A DNA stretch of 56,370 nt, from the NCBI GenBank assembly GCA_964638535.1, contig CAZWYW010000002.1, forward strand, positions 1-56,370. Direction: 5' to 3'. The stretch is from an uncultured Candidatus Bathyarchaeia archaeon. GTDB taxonomy: Archaea; Thermoproteota; Bathyarchaeia; EX4484-135. The notes under the pieces were generated by a model. The model ran no database searches and was not told the DNA's origin. It worked only from the letters and a program-made list of their open reading frames with translations. The position numbers were made by a program, and so were the translations under genes. Positions 18,900 to 28,273 of this stretch are shown piece by piece. How positions within the stretch are numbered: position 1 is the first letter of the stretch; every line of letters begins with the position of its first letter.

Positions 18900-20026
18900 G
18901 GTGGCGCCCCTTGGGCTTCCCCATAGCCCTCAGGCTGGAGAGGAGGCTTGAGGAAGAAGGCTGGCTCAAGGCGGCTGTCCCCCTAGGCTCCCTGGCCTTA
19001 GCCCTCGTCTTGGCCTCCCTTATCTTCGCGGCCCAGGGCCTTAACCCCCTGGCCGTTTATGGCATAACGTTCTCACGTATATTCGGGACCAGCACGGGCT
19101 TGGCCTTCCTCCTGTTGAAGGCCATACCGCTTCTCCTCTGCGCCGTGGGGCTCGCTCTAGCCTTCAGGGCTCAGGTATGGAACATAGGGGCTGAGGGGCA
19201 GCTCCTCTTGGGCTCCGTGGCCGCCGCCGGCCTGGCGCTCTTCGTCATGCCTAACGCGCCCCCCTACGTCATCATACCGGCTATGTTCGTGGCCGGCTTC
19301 CTAGCTGGCGCCGGCTGGGCTCTCCTGCCAGCCGTCCTGAAGGCCAAGCTGAACGTGAACGAGGTCATCACGACCCTCATGATGAACTACATAGCCTACA
19401 AGCTCGTGGAATACCTCATCTATGGCCCCTGGCGCGGCAAGGCCACCTGGGGCTTCCCCTTCACGGACCTAATACCTGAGAGCGCCGTCCTGCCCGTCAT
19501 ACCGGGCACGGATGTCCATTACCCGACCCTTATCTTAGCGCTCGCGTCCGCCGTGGCCATGTTCGTGCTCATGGAGAAGACGGGCCTCGGCTACGAGGTG
19601 AAGGTCTACGGCGGCAACCCAGATTTGGCTAGGGCAGCCGGTATAAGACCCGGGAAGCTCATAATCATCTGTATGTTGCTCAGCGGCGGCCTGGCCGGCC
19701 TGGCGGGCGTGGGAGAGTTAGCGGGTGTGCACAAGAGGCTGAAGTACCCCTGGGCCATATCGGCTGGCTACGGCTTCACGGCCATAATAGTGGCCTGGCT
19801 GGCCAGGCTAAACCCGATCACCAACGTGCTCACGGCCCTCTTCATGGGCGCCCTTCTAGCGGCTGGCAGCATGATGAGGGCTTCCTTTAACATCCCGTAC
19901 GCGTCCGTGAACATCTTCAACGGCCTTATACTGACCTGTTTGGTGGCCGGTGAGGTGCTGTTAAGGTACAGAATACGGCTCGTGGCGGCCGGGGCAGGCG
20001 CCGAGCAAGGAGGTGGGAGCGCTTGA
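18896..20026 (+). CDS. ABC transporter permease (BMP-type system, subunit 1)
   Basis: It is a polytopic hydrophobic protein. The start overlaps the stop of the ATPase gene, placing it in the same operon. Confidence 0.85.
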   Translation: MRWRPLGFPIALRLERRLEEEGWLKAAVPLGSLALALVLASLIFAAQGLNPLAVYGITFSRIFGTSTGLAFLLLKAIPLLLCAVGLALAFRAQVWNIGAEGQLLLGSVAAAGLALFVMPNAPPYVIIPAMFVAGFLAGAGWALLPAVLKAKLNVNEVITTLMMNYIAYKLVEYLIYGPWRGKATWGFPFTDLIPESAVLPVIPGTDVHYPTLILALASAVAMFVLMEKTGLGYEVKVYGGNPDLARAAGIRPGKLIIICMLLSGGLAGLAGVGELAGVHKRLKYPWAISAGYGFTAIIVAWLARLNPITNVLTALFMGALLAAGSMMRASFNIPYASVNIFNGLILTCLVAGEVLLRYRIRLVAAGAGAEQGGGSA

Positions 20027-20958
20027 GCTTAGACGTGGTAGGGCACATCTTGCACATGGCCGTCAGGGGCGGGACGCCCCTGCTACTCGGGGCCGTGGGC
20101 GAGATCTACGCGGAGCGCTCGGGCGTGATGAACCTGGGCCTGGAGGGTATTATGCTCGTCGGGGCCATAACGGGCTTTGCTGTGGCCCTGGCCACCAAAC
20201 AGCCCTGGCTCGGCCTCTTAGCGGCCTGCCTGGCCGGCTTAGCGCTCTCCCTCATCCATGCCTTCACCACAGTGAGCCTCTACGCCAACCAGGTCGTCTC
20301 GGGCCTGGCGTTGGCTATGTTAGGCCTAGGCTTGAGCAGCCTCATGGGCCGCTCTTACGTGGGCCAGCCGCTCCCTTACCGCCTGCTCCCCCAGGCCATC
20401 CCGGGCCTAGCCGACCTGCCAGTGATAGGACCGGCGCTCTTCTACCAGGACCCAGTGGTCTACCTGGCCCTAGGCCTGGCCGTAGCCTCTTGGTTCGTGC
20501 TCTATAGGACGCGCTGGGGCATCATGGTGAGGGCTGTGGGCGACGATCCAGCAGCAGCCGATGCGATGGGCGTGAACGTCTACGCGGTCCGCTACGCCTG
20601 CGTGGCCTTCGGGGGCGCTATGTCGGGCTTAGCAGGCGCTTATCTCTCCGTCGTCTACACGCCAGCCTGGTTCGAGGGCATGACGGCCGGGAGAGGCTGG
20701 ATAGCCTTGGCCCTTGTCATAGTCGCTTTCTGGGACCCCCTGAAAGCCATCTTAGGCGCTTACCTCTTCGGCGCCACGGAGGCGCTCCAGTACGCCCTCC
20801 AGACCAGCTTAGGTATAGCGGCGCCCCTCCTCGGCATGATACCTTACGCGGCCACCATTCTAGCCATGCTAGTGGCTATGAGCGAGGCCCTGAGGAAGCG
20901 CATCGGCGCGCCAGCGGCCCTGGGCAAGCCTTACATACGCGAGGAGAGGGTGCTCTAA
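20023..20958 (+). CDS. ABC transporter permease (BMP-type system, subunit 2)
   Basis: It is a polytopic hydrophobic protein with a 4-nt overlap with the preceding permease gene. Confidence 0.85.
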   Translation: MSLDVVGHILHMAVRGGTPLLLGAVGEIYAERSGVMNLGLEGIMLVGAITGFAVALATKQPWLGLLAACLAGLALSLIHAFTTVSLYANQVVSGLALAMLGLGLSSLMGRSYVGQPLPYRLLPQAIPGLADLPVIGPALFYQDPVVYLALGLAVASWFVLYRTRWGIMVRAVGDDPAAADAMGVNVYAVRYACVAFGGAMSGLAGAYLSVVYTPAWFEGMTAGRGWIALALVIVAFWDPLKAILGAYLFGATEALQYALQTSLGIAAPLLGMIPYAATILAMLVAMSEALRKRIGAPAALGKPYIREERVL

Positions 20959-22637
20959 GCTGGGCTAGCCAGCCTAGCGCTTGAGCTCCCAGTTATCTCG
21001 GGTATCACGTCTAGCTCGGGCCTGGGCTTCCCTAGCTTCCTATCCAAGCACGCCTTCACGAAAGCCGTGTAAAGCGGCGATGGCCTGCCCGGCCTGCTCT
21101 TGAACTCCGCGTGGAACTGAGAGGCCATGAAGAAGTAACAGCTTGGCAGCTCTAGGACCTCCATCCTACGCCCATCGAGGCTGGCGCCTGAGAAGACAAG
21201 GCCATGGGCTTCGAGGGTGCTTATGTAATCTGGGTTTACCTCCCAGCGGTGGCGGTGGCGCTCCCTTATGTGCTTCCGGCCGTAAATGGCATAGGCCATG
21301 GTGCTCTCCTTTAGCACGATATCGTGGGCGCCGAGGCGCATGGTACCGCCCTTCCGATCCAGGTTGCGCTGCTCTGGCATGAGGTCTACCACCGGGTGAG
21401 GCGTGTCCGGGTCCACCTCCGTCGTGTGAGCGCGCTTCAGGCCGCATACGTGCCTGGCGAACTCTACCACGGCTAGCTGGAAGCCGAAGCAGATGCCTAA
21501 GAAGGGCATGTCGTGCTCCCTGGCGAACTGTATGGCCGCTATCTTGCCTTCCACGCCCCGAGAACCAAAGCCATAGGGCACGAAGATACCGTCGTAATCC
21601 TTCAGGCGCTCTATATCGCCGGGGCTCTCCTCGAATTCCTCTGCCTCTATATAATCTATGTGGACCTTGGTGCGCAAGGCCATGCCAGCGTGCTTAAAGG
21701 CCTCGTTCATGCTCACGTAGGAGTCCACGAGCTGGGCGTACTTGCCCACTAGCGCGATGCGGACCTCGTAGAGGGGGTTCAGATAGGCATCTACCAACGC
21801 CTTCCAGCGGTCCCAATCCGGCCTACGAGGCTCTAAGCCCAGGCGGCGGCAGATGTAATCTCCCATGCCCTGCTCGTCCAAGATGAGCGGCACTTGGTAA
21901 ACAAGCGGGACAGTGTAGGAGCAGAACACGGCCTCGCGCGGGATAGTGCCGAAGAGCGCTATCTTGGCCCTGGCCTCCTCGGTTATCATGCGCGTACAAC
22001 GGGCCACTATTATGTCCGGCTGAATGCCTATGCGCCTCAGCTCATGAACGCTGTGCTGTAGCGGCTTGGTCTTCATCTCGCCCGTTACGTCCAAGATGGG
22101 CACGAGGGCCACGTGCACGTAGAGCGTGTTCTCGAAGCCCTCCTCCAGCCTCATCTGCCTTATGGCCTCAAGGAAGGGGAGGCCCTCTATATCGCCCACC
22201 GTGCCCCCGACCTCCACGAGCACAACGTCCGTCCGGGCCTTCTCGGCCACGCGCCTGATGCGGGCCTTGATCTCGTCCGTGATGTGGGGCACGATCTGGA
22301 CGCACTTGCCCAGGTAATCGCCCCTACGCTCGCGCTCTATAACGGCCAGGTAGACCTGGCCGGTGGTGATGTTGTTCTCCCTGGGCAGGTCCACGTCCAG
22401 GAAGCGCTCATACCAGCCCAGGTCCAGGTCCGTCTCGCCGCCGTCCTCGGTGACGAAGACCTCCCCGTGCATGTAGGGGTTCATGGTCCCGCTATCCACG
22501 TTCACGTATGGATCTATCTTGATGGCCGTGACCGTGTAGCCCCGGGCCTGGAGCATCTTGCCTATAGAGGACGTCACTATGCCCTTGCCCACGGAGCTGA
22601 GCACGCCGCCAGTGACGAAGATATACTTGGTCTTCAC
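20955..22637 (-). CDS. pyrG: CTP synthase
   Basis: [41 protein letters not shown] and the glutaminase domain GICFGFQ...HRHRWEVN are canonical PyrG features. Confidence 0.95.
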   Translation of the reverse strand: MKTKYIFVTGGVLSSVGKGIVTSSIGKMLQARGYTVTAIKIDPYVNVDSGTMNPYMHGEVFVTEDGGETDLDLGWYERFLDVDLPRENNITTGQVYLAVIERERRGDYLGKCVQIVPHITDEIKARIRRVAEKARTDVVLVEVGGTVGDIEGLPFLEAIRQMRLEEGFENTLYVHVALVPILDVTGEMKTKPLQHSVHELRRIGIQPDIIVARCTRMITEEARAKIALFGTIPREAVFCSYTVPLVYQVPLILDEQGMGDYICRRLGLEPRRPDWDRWKALVDAYLNPLYEVRIALVGKYAQLVDSYVSMNEAFKHAGMALRTKVHIDYIEAEEFEESPGDIERLKDYDGIFVPYGFGSRGVEGKIAAIQFAREHDMPFLGICFGFQLAVVEFARHVCGLKRAHTTEVDPDTPHPVVDLMPEQRNLDRKGGTMRLGAHDIVLKESTMAYAIYGRKHIRERHRHRWEVNPDYISTLEAHGLVFSGASLDGRRMEVLELPSCYFFMASQFHAEFKSRPGRPSPLYTAFVKACLDRKLGKPRPELDVIPEITGSSSARLASPA

Positions 22638-22799
22638 GCAGAACGAGGGAACACGCCTGGCATAAAACTATTTCCCACGCGCCAGATGGCAAACTGAACA
22701 CCCTGGGGGCTCTAGCCCATTTGGCCGTCTTGTCTAGGGCCTTTAACGAAGGCGTTAATTAGCTGGGGCTGTACCTTACCCAGGAGGCGGGCGCAGAGG

Positions 22800-23378
22800 G
22801 TGCCGCAGGAGAAGGCCGTCGAGACGTTCTACCGGGCCGTGGAGGTGGAGAAGCCCTGGCCGATACCCGTAATATTCAGCGGTACCATCATGGCCCTCCC
22901 GAGCACGCCTCACCATGGGGTGCTCAAGGTGGAACCCGGCACGCCCGCTAAACTCTTCACGCTCGATATCTACACGTACGAGCTCAGGGAGACCCCAGGG
23001 GGCCGCGCCCGGAGGCGCGAGTCCTTGCCCACCGTGGAACTCAGGAAACACTTCTTGGGCTTCATCAGGTTCGTGCTTACCTCCCAGGGATCGCCGAGGG
23101 CGTTCATCGAGGAGTTCAGGACAGATTGGCACCACATGAGGCCTAGCGAGCTCTGGAGCCTCTTCGAAGAGCACGTGCTGATCGAGGAGCTGGGCGTGTG
23201 CGAGGTCTACGTCAGAAAAGCGGGCTGTGATGTGTCGCCGGGCGTCCTCTACGAGTTCGGCTACAGGACGAGCGGTTCCTCTAGCTGGATCATGAGGAAA
23301 GAGCTGTCTAAGTCAGGCCGGCGCAGGCGAGCGGGAAAGCCCGCGAGCCCGGAGACGCCTGGTCCCTCTAAAGCCTAA
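22800..23378 (+). CDS. hypothetical protein (no family recognised)
   Basis: 192-aa ORF with a GTG start. Third-position G/C bias and the AGG/ATA/GAG/AAG codon pattern match the real genes here. The antisense ORF 22776..23174 is Arg/Pro/Gly-rich and looks spurious. Confidence 0.5.
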   Translation: MPQEKAVETFYRAVEVEKPWPIPVIFSGTIMALPSTPHHGVLKVEPGTPAKLFTLDIYTYELRETPGGRARRRESLPTVELRKHFLGFIRFVLTSQGSPRAFIEEFRTDWHHMRPSELWSLFEEHVLIEELGVCEVYVRKAGCDVSPGVLYEFGYRTSGSSSWIMRKELSKSGRRRRAGKPASPETPGPSKA

Positions 23379-23957
23379 GCCCACGATGTAGATCTCAGGG
23401 CTCTCCGGCCTGCTGGCCTTGGGCTTGAAGGGCTTGGCTATCCTGAAGGACCTCTTAAAAGCCGATAACAGCTTGCCGAATAGGCTGCCCTGCGAGGCCT
23501 TTACGAGCGCTTTCCCACTCGGCCTGAGCAGCCCTTTGGCCAGCCATAACGCCCTCCTAGCTAGCTCTATTTGCCTGACATGGTCTAGCTCCCTCACACC
23601 GGTTAAGCTGGGCGCCATATCCGAGAGCAGCACGTCCGCCTCGCGAGGAAGCTCAGCCCTTATGGCTTCGAGCACGCTATCGGACAACACGTCAGCTGTC
23701 AGGACCTTCACGTTATCGAAGCCCAGGGGCTCCACGGGTTTCAGATCCACACCCAGGACAAAGCCCCCCGGTCCCACGACCTCGCGGGCCACCTGGAGCC
23801 AGCTGCCGGGGGCACAACCCAGGTCCACGACCACGTCGTCTGGCCCTATAAGCTTGAAAACCTTTATGGCCTCTAGGAGCTTGAAGGCTGCCCTTGACCT
23901 GTAACCGCTGGCCTTCGCGAGCCTGTAGTAATGGTCTCCCTTGGCTCTCCAGCTCAT
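23313..23957 (-). CDS. rlmE: 23S rRNA (uridine-2'-O)-methyltransferase RlmE/FtsJ
   Basis: YRSRAAFKLLEAIKVFKLI...VVDLGCAPGSWLQV...DVLLSDMAP is the FtsJ fold with its SAM motif. The start is ATG 23957 (MSWRAKGDHYY), which overlaps the upstream stop as ATGA. Confidence 0.85.
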   Translation of the reverse strand: MSWRAKGDHYYRLAKASGYRSRAAFKLLEAIKVFKLIGPDDVVVDLGCAPGSWLQVAREVVGPGGFVLGVDLKPVEPLGFDNVKVLTADVLSDSVLEAIRAELPREADVLLSDMAPSLTGVRELDHVRQIELARRALWLAKGLLRPSGKALVKASQGSLFGKLLSAFKRSFRIAKPFKPKASRPESPEIYIVGLGFRGTRRLRARGLSRSPAPA

Positions 23958-24334
23958 TCCTCCTCGGCCCTCTCGGAGAGGAGGGTTGTCCTCAAGGCCC
24001 ATTCCTTCAGCTCTTCACATGTCACGGGATCCCTCACGCCCCCCGGCGAGCACCTGAAGGCATCTGGGCAATCTAGGCAGGGACAGCCCCTTATGGATTC
24101 CACGGAGATCTTGCGCACCCTGGGGTAGAGCCTGTAAGTCCACCGGCCTTTGTAGAGCTCCTTCCTGCGTATCACCAAGCCCCTCCTCTCCAACCTTATA
24201 GCGATACGGGAGCCCTCCCTGCTGGTGGCGCCTAAGAGCCTCCACAGCTCGGATTGCAAGACGCCCTTCTCGCCGGCCTCTATTATCATCTTCAGGGCCT
24301 TCTGGTACAGGCTTTCCTTCCCGGCTTTCGACAT
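23954..24334 (-). CDS. tfeB: winged-helix protein with C-terminal Cys cluster, TFE-beta / Rpc34-like
   Basis: The N-terminal winged-helix region is GVLQSELWRLLGATSREGSRIAIRLERRGLV. The C-terminal GCPCLDCPDAFRCSPGGVRDPVTCEELKEW matches the PC..CP....C..GG...P..C.....W pattern of the Rpc34/TFE-beta Fe-S domain. Confidence 0.6.
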   Translation of the reverse strand: MSKAGKESLYQKALKMIIEAGEKGVLQSELWRLLGATSREGSRIAIRLERRGLVIRRKELYKGRWTYRLYPRVRKISVESIRGCPCLDCPDAFRCSPGGVRDPVTCEELKEWALRTTLLSERAEEE

Positions 24335-24429
24335 GCCTAGCCCTACTTGCGCGTTGGGTCAGCCGATAAAAGCTTCACGTCTACTCGAAAGCTTTAACGC
24401 TCTCCGGGCCCAAGGCCGGGTGGGCGATC

Positions 24430-25755
24430 ATGATGAAGGTCTATAGGTTCGACTTACCGGCCGACGAGCACCCGGATAAGTGGTACAATATCCTGCCCGA
24501 TTTGCCCGAGCCCTTGCCGAGGCACAAGGACCCTCCTGAGGGGCCCTCCAGGCTGGAGTTCATCGAGCGCGTCTGCCTCAAGGAGTGCCTCCGCCAGGAG
24601 TTCTCGGACCAGAGGTGGATTCCGATACCTGACGAGCTCATGGAGTTCTACATCCACGCCGGCCGGCCGAGGCCGCTCTACAGGGCCGTGAGGCTGGAGA
24701 AGCGCCTGGGCCTGAAGCACGTACGTATCTACTACAAGCGCGAGGACTTATCGCCCACGGGCTCGCACAAGGTGAACACGGCCCTAGCCCAGTGCTACTA
24801 CGCGGCCGAGGAAGGGCGTGAGGGCGTGGTAACCGAGACAGGCGCTGGCCAGTGGGGCACCGCCCTCTCCTACGCCGCCCGCCTCATGGGCCTTAAGTGC
24901 GTGGTCTTCTGGGTCCGGTCGATCCACGATTGGAAGGTGGACCGGCGCACCTTCATGCGCCTCTACGGCGCGGAAGTACACGCCTCCCCGAGCGATATCA
25001 CGGAGTTCGGGCGTAAGATAAAGGCTGAGAACCCGGAGCATCCCGGCAGCTTAGGCATAGCTATCTCAGAGGGCCTGGAGTACGCGGATAAACATGAGGG
25101 CTTCGTCTACTGCCTGGGCTCTGTGCTGAACCACGTCCTCATACATCAGACCGTGATCGGCCTGGAGACCATGAGGCAGTTCGAGCTGGCCGACGACGAG
25201 CCGGACCTCATGATAGGTTGCTTGGGCGGCGGCTCTAACTTCGGCGGCTTCATCCTGCCCTTCGCCGGCGAGGTCCTCAAGGGCAAGAGGGAGTGCGAGT
25301 TCCTGGCCGCCCAATCCTGGGCCGCGCCCAACCTCATCAAAGGCGAGTACCGCTACGATTTCGCGGACGTGGCTGGGTTCACGCCCTTACTAAAGATGTA
25401 TACGCTCGGCCACAAGGTCGAGATGCCGCCCATAAGGGCCGATGGGCTGCGCTACCACGGGGCCGCGCCCATAATAAGCTACCTGCGCCACAAGGGCTTG
25501 CTCAAGGCCGTGGCCTATGCCATAGACGAGCGGGAGATATTCGAGGCCGCCAAGCTCTTCGTGGAGACTGAGGGCTGGCTACCAGCGCCGGAGAGCAGCT
25601 ACGCCATAAGGGCTGCCATAGATAAGGCCCTTGAGTTCGAGCACAAGGGCGAGGAGAAAGTCATAGCCATGAACATAAGCGGCCACGGCTTCCTAGACCT
25701 CTTCGCTTACAAGGAGAAGCTATTCAGGGAGGGGGCGCCAAAGTTCCCGCAATAG
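24430..25755 (+). CDS. trpB2: TrpB2-type tryptophan synthase beta-like PLP enzyme
   Basis: The motifs are REDLSPTGSHKVNTALAQ (PLP lysine) and GCLGGGSNFGG. The long N-terminal extension is typical of the TrpB2 clade. No trpA is nearby. Confidence 0.85.
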   Translation: MMKVYRFDLPADEHPDKWYNILPDLPEPLPRHKDPPEGPSRLEFIERVCLKECLRQEFSDQRWIPIPDELMEFYIHAGRPRPLYRAVRLEKRLGLKHVRIYYKREDLSPTGSHKVNTALAQCYYAAEEGREGVVTETGAGQWGTALSYAARLMGLKCVVFWVRSIHDWKVDRRTFMRLYGAEVHASPSDITEFGRKIKAENPEHPGSLGIAISEGLEYADKHEGFVYCLGSVLNHVLIHQTVIGLETMRQFELADDEPDLMIGCLGGGSNFGGFILPFAGEVLKGKRECEFLAAQSWAAPNLIKGEYRYDFADVAGFTPLLKMYTLGHKVEMPPIRADGLRYHGAAPIISYLRHKGLLKAVAYAIDEREIFEAAKLFVETEGWLPAPESSYAIRAAIDKALEFEHKGEEKVIAMNISGHGFLDLFAYKEKLFREGAPKFPQ

Positions 25756-25828
25756 ATGCACCACGCTCAGAAGTCCTGCCCAACATATAAGCGTAAGGCT
25801 TCAACTTTTTATATCTGAGAGGAAATAC

Positions 25829-26678
25829 TTGCGAGAGGGCGCCGTGCAGAGGAATCGTAGGATCCAACTTCTGCTCATAGCTTTAACGACGCTGATAAGC
25901 ATACCCACGGCGGCTTTCCTCCACGTTGCCCGCCTAAACAACGGCGCTGTGACCATCCAAGTGGTCGACGAGACTGGGAAGCCCACAGAGGGCGCGATGG
26001 TACGATTGTTCGCTATCACGCCCCCCGACCACAACGTGACGAGTGTTGAAGTATTCCGGAGTAGGCTATATAATTCAGGGCGAGTTCACTTGGATATACG
26101 TATATGCTCAAATACGTTATGATGAGTACCAGTTGTATTATGTCGTTTATTACAATCCCTTCGAGCCGCCATTAATGTACCCGCTAGACAGATGGTGGTT
26201 CGAGAGCTACATCAGCTACTACGAAACTGATGGAAGTGACATCGTAGGCGGCTTCGCTGAATCTGATGAGATCCCGACCATCTTGAGCCAGCTCTATGAG
26301 GGCTACGATTACGAACTTTACGGCATCTATGAGGGTAGAGGGAGGCCAGCGCCCTACTGAACGTACAAGGTGGACCGTCACGATATCGAGGAACGGTACA
26401 TCCCTAGCGGGACCGAGGCTGCCCAGCGGTATGAGGTGGGCGTCAGCCTGGGCGTCATGCTAGCCTCGCTCATATCGGCGGGCGTGGTGTCCGGCGGTCT
26501 GACGTTGCCTCTCTCGCTGCTAGTGTTCATAACTGACTCCTGGGCTATCGAGGGCTACTCGTACGTGAGGTGGTGGGTAGAGTTCGATGCCCCCTCAGCA
26601 GGGTTCACCTCTCACCCTAGTGGACATCAGAAAGCTAATTTGAGGTGCCAAGGGCCGGGTAGAAGCTTATTAGCTTGA
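25829..26678 (+). pseudogene. disrupted gene for a membrane-anchored, Tyr-rich secreted protein (three ORF fragments), or three small orphan genes
   Basis: Fragment 1 (25829/25844..26122) has the signal-anchor-like N-terminus MQRNRRIQLLLIALTTLISIPTAAFL and a beta-sandwich-like VTIQVVDETGKPTEGAMVRL. Fragment 2 (26043..26360, shifted frame) is about 19 percent Tyr. Fragment 3 (26370..26678) is in the same frame as fragment 2 but separated by TGA at 26358-26360, and contains hydrophobic helices. The region is visibly AT-richer than its flanks. Confidence 0.35.
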
Positions 26679-27857
26679 GCTTTTAGAGCAAGCCAGCTCC
26701 ACGCACTCCCTCAGGCTCGCTAACCTGACCTCGACGCCCGAGAGGCCGGGCAAGTAGTAAGCAGCTTTCGGCGAGTTCGTGGCCACCAGGTCCACGCCCA
26801 GCCGCTCCACCCAGGAGACCACCACACACGTATCGGCTACCACGAGCGCGCCAGAGGCCTCTATGGCTTCCACCAGACTGGGACAGGCGTCCCTGAGGTG
26901 CCTGGACGTGCATATCCATAGGTGCTTGCCGGGCCTCACCTTGCGGTCCCTGAGGAGGGCCGCGAGCAGCTCTAGCTCCTCCCGTGAACAGTGGGGGCAA
27001 CCTATGAATATTAAGTCGGGCTCCCCCGTTGAGGAGAGCTTGTCTATCACGGTCCTCACGTCCTCCTGGCTTACCTGTATTTTCTCGAGTTCCTTGCGGG
27101 CCTGTTCCTGACCGATTTCGGCCAAGGAGAACATAGCGGTCATGCCGCCCGAGGCCATAGCAGCGCCTAAGCCCTTCAGCTCCCAATCCGAGAGGCCCTT
27201 AAGGTCTTTCAGGAGCGGGACGGTATCCTTAGCTACTTGGCCTACGAAGAAGCCGATGGCCCAGAGCTCTACCTCGTCTTTTGGCTTAAAATCCACATCA
27301 ATTAATAGGCCGGGCTTCCGATTCTCAGGCCTGTGGAGGCCATGGTCGGGCACCTTGCCGGCTATGGCCGCCGCCAGGGCACTTGGTGCTCCCTCGCGGT
27401 TCGTCAGAGCGCCTATGACCGAGTTAGCGTAGACCACGGCCGATGATTCGGCCCAGGCCAGGTGGGAGCCAGCCCCAGGCCTCAGCTGGTAGTAAGGCAC
27501 GCAGGTCAGGGTCCTTGACACGCCCAGGCGCTCATAGAGGGCCACGAGCTCCTCCTGCCGTGTTATCACATCGCTGGGCAAGTCCAGGAGGTCCAAGATG
27601 CACTCGTTAAAGCCGCAGGGGTTCGTGGTGGCCGGGACAGAGGCCCTAGCGCCCAGCTCACATAGCTCCTTAAGGAACTCTATGGCCGCATCGCCAGCGG
27701 TCTTGTAAGAGACGCCCGAGACGTGTGCCGATTGGATGGGCACGAGCTTCTCGGCCCCGTAGAGGTCGCCGAGCTTCACTAAGATGCGCATGGCGAGCGC
27801 TAGGCCAGGTCCGAATTCGCCCTCTAGGGCGCGCTCTTCCTCGCGCGTCAAGAACAT
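26670..27857 (-). CDS. aconitase X (DUF521) catalytic subunit, probable phosphomevalonate dehydratase large subunit
   Basis: The internal ATG 27857 of ORF 26670..28109 gives MFLTREEERALEGEFGPGLALAMRILVKLGDLYGAEKLVPIQSAHVSGVSYKT..., the typical DUF521 N-terminus. The upstream 84 codons read through the small-subunit gene and are spurious. Confidence 0.8.
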   Translation of the reverse strand: MFLTREEERALEGEFGPGLALAMRILVKLGDLYGAEKLVPIQSAHVSGVSYKTAGDAAIEFLKELCELGARASVPATTNPCGFNECILDLLDLPSDVITRQEELVALYERLGVSRTLTCVPYYQLRPGAGSHLAWAESSAVVYANSVIGALTNREGAPSALAAAIAGKVPDHGLHRPENRKPGLLIDVDFKPKDEVELWAIGFFVGQVAKDTVPLLKDLKGLSDWELKGLGAAMASGGMTAMFSLAEIGQEQARKELEKIQVSQEDVRTVIDKLSSTGEPDLIFIGCPHCSREELELLAALLRDRKVRPGKHLWICTSRHLRDACPSLVEAIEASGALVVADTCVVVSWVERLGVDLVATNSPKAAYYLPGLSGVEVRLASLRECVELACSKSSS

Positions 27858-28273
27858 GCCCTCAGCACCCTCACCGTGCCAGCTGAGCCATCTACCTCGA
27901 GTAAATCGCCCGTCCTCAGGGCCCCGAGGTCCACGTTCACTACCATGGGCACGCCAGCTATGATGGCCCCCACAACGACTATCTGGTCCGCTACCTCGTT
28001 CACTATGGCCGCGGGGGCCAGGCCGCGCTTCTTCAGGGCTAGGAGGACGTAACTGCCGACCGTTGAGCCCTTCCCGTGCGGGAAGCAGAGCACCTTGCCC
28101 GCCACGCACTCGCCTTCTAGATCATGGCCTCTCTCGACCACGAGGCCGGTATTGGGGTCCACGCCGCTTAGAAAGCTGATAGGTGTGTGCGATACTAGAG
28201 CCTCACCCACGCACCGTCCTTCTACCACGCCCTTGCCCTTCAGCACCAAGCCCTCACGGCCTGAGCGCCTCAA
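27848..28273 (-). CDS. aconitase X swivel-domain (DUF126) small subunit, probable phosphomevalonate dehydratase small subunit
   Basis: 141 aa with GKGVVEGRCVGEALVSHTPISFLSGVDPNTGLV...CFPHGKGSTVGSYVL...GLAPAAIVN, the DUF126 pattern. It overlaps the large-subunit start by 10 nt. The TTG start overlaps the stop of the HD gene. Confidence 0.8.
   Translation of the reverse strand: MRRSGREGLVLKGKGVVEGRCVGEALVSHTPISFLSGVDPNTGLVVERGHDLEGECVAGKVLCFPHGKGSTVGSYVLLALKKRGLAPAAIVNEVADQIVVVGAIIAGVPMVVNVDLGALRTGDLLEVDGSAGTVRVLRACS

Noticed and set aside
20013-20507. 164-aa ORF in an alternative frame of the second ABC permease
   Set aside because: It is Arg/Gly/Pro-rich and lies entirely within a well-supported membrane protein gene.
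24421-24480. AUGAUGA at the trpB2 start as a possible C box
   Set aside because: It is the ATG-ATG-AAG start of the coding sequence, and no D box lies within 50-70 nt.
27858-28109. N-terminal 84 codons of ORF 26670..28109
   Set aside because: This stretch reads through the DUF126 small-subunit gene in another frame and is Arg/Gly-rich. The canonical DUF521 N-terminus begins at ATG 27857.
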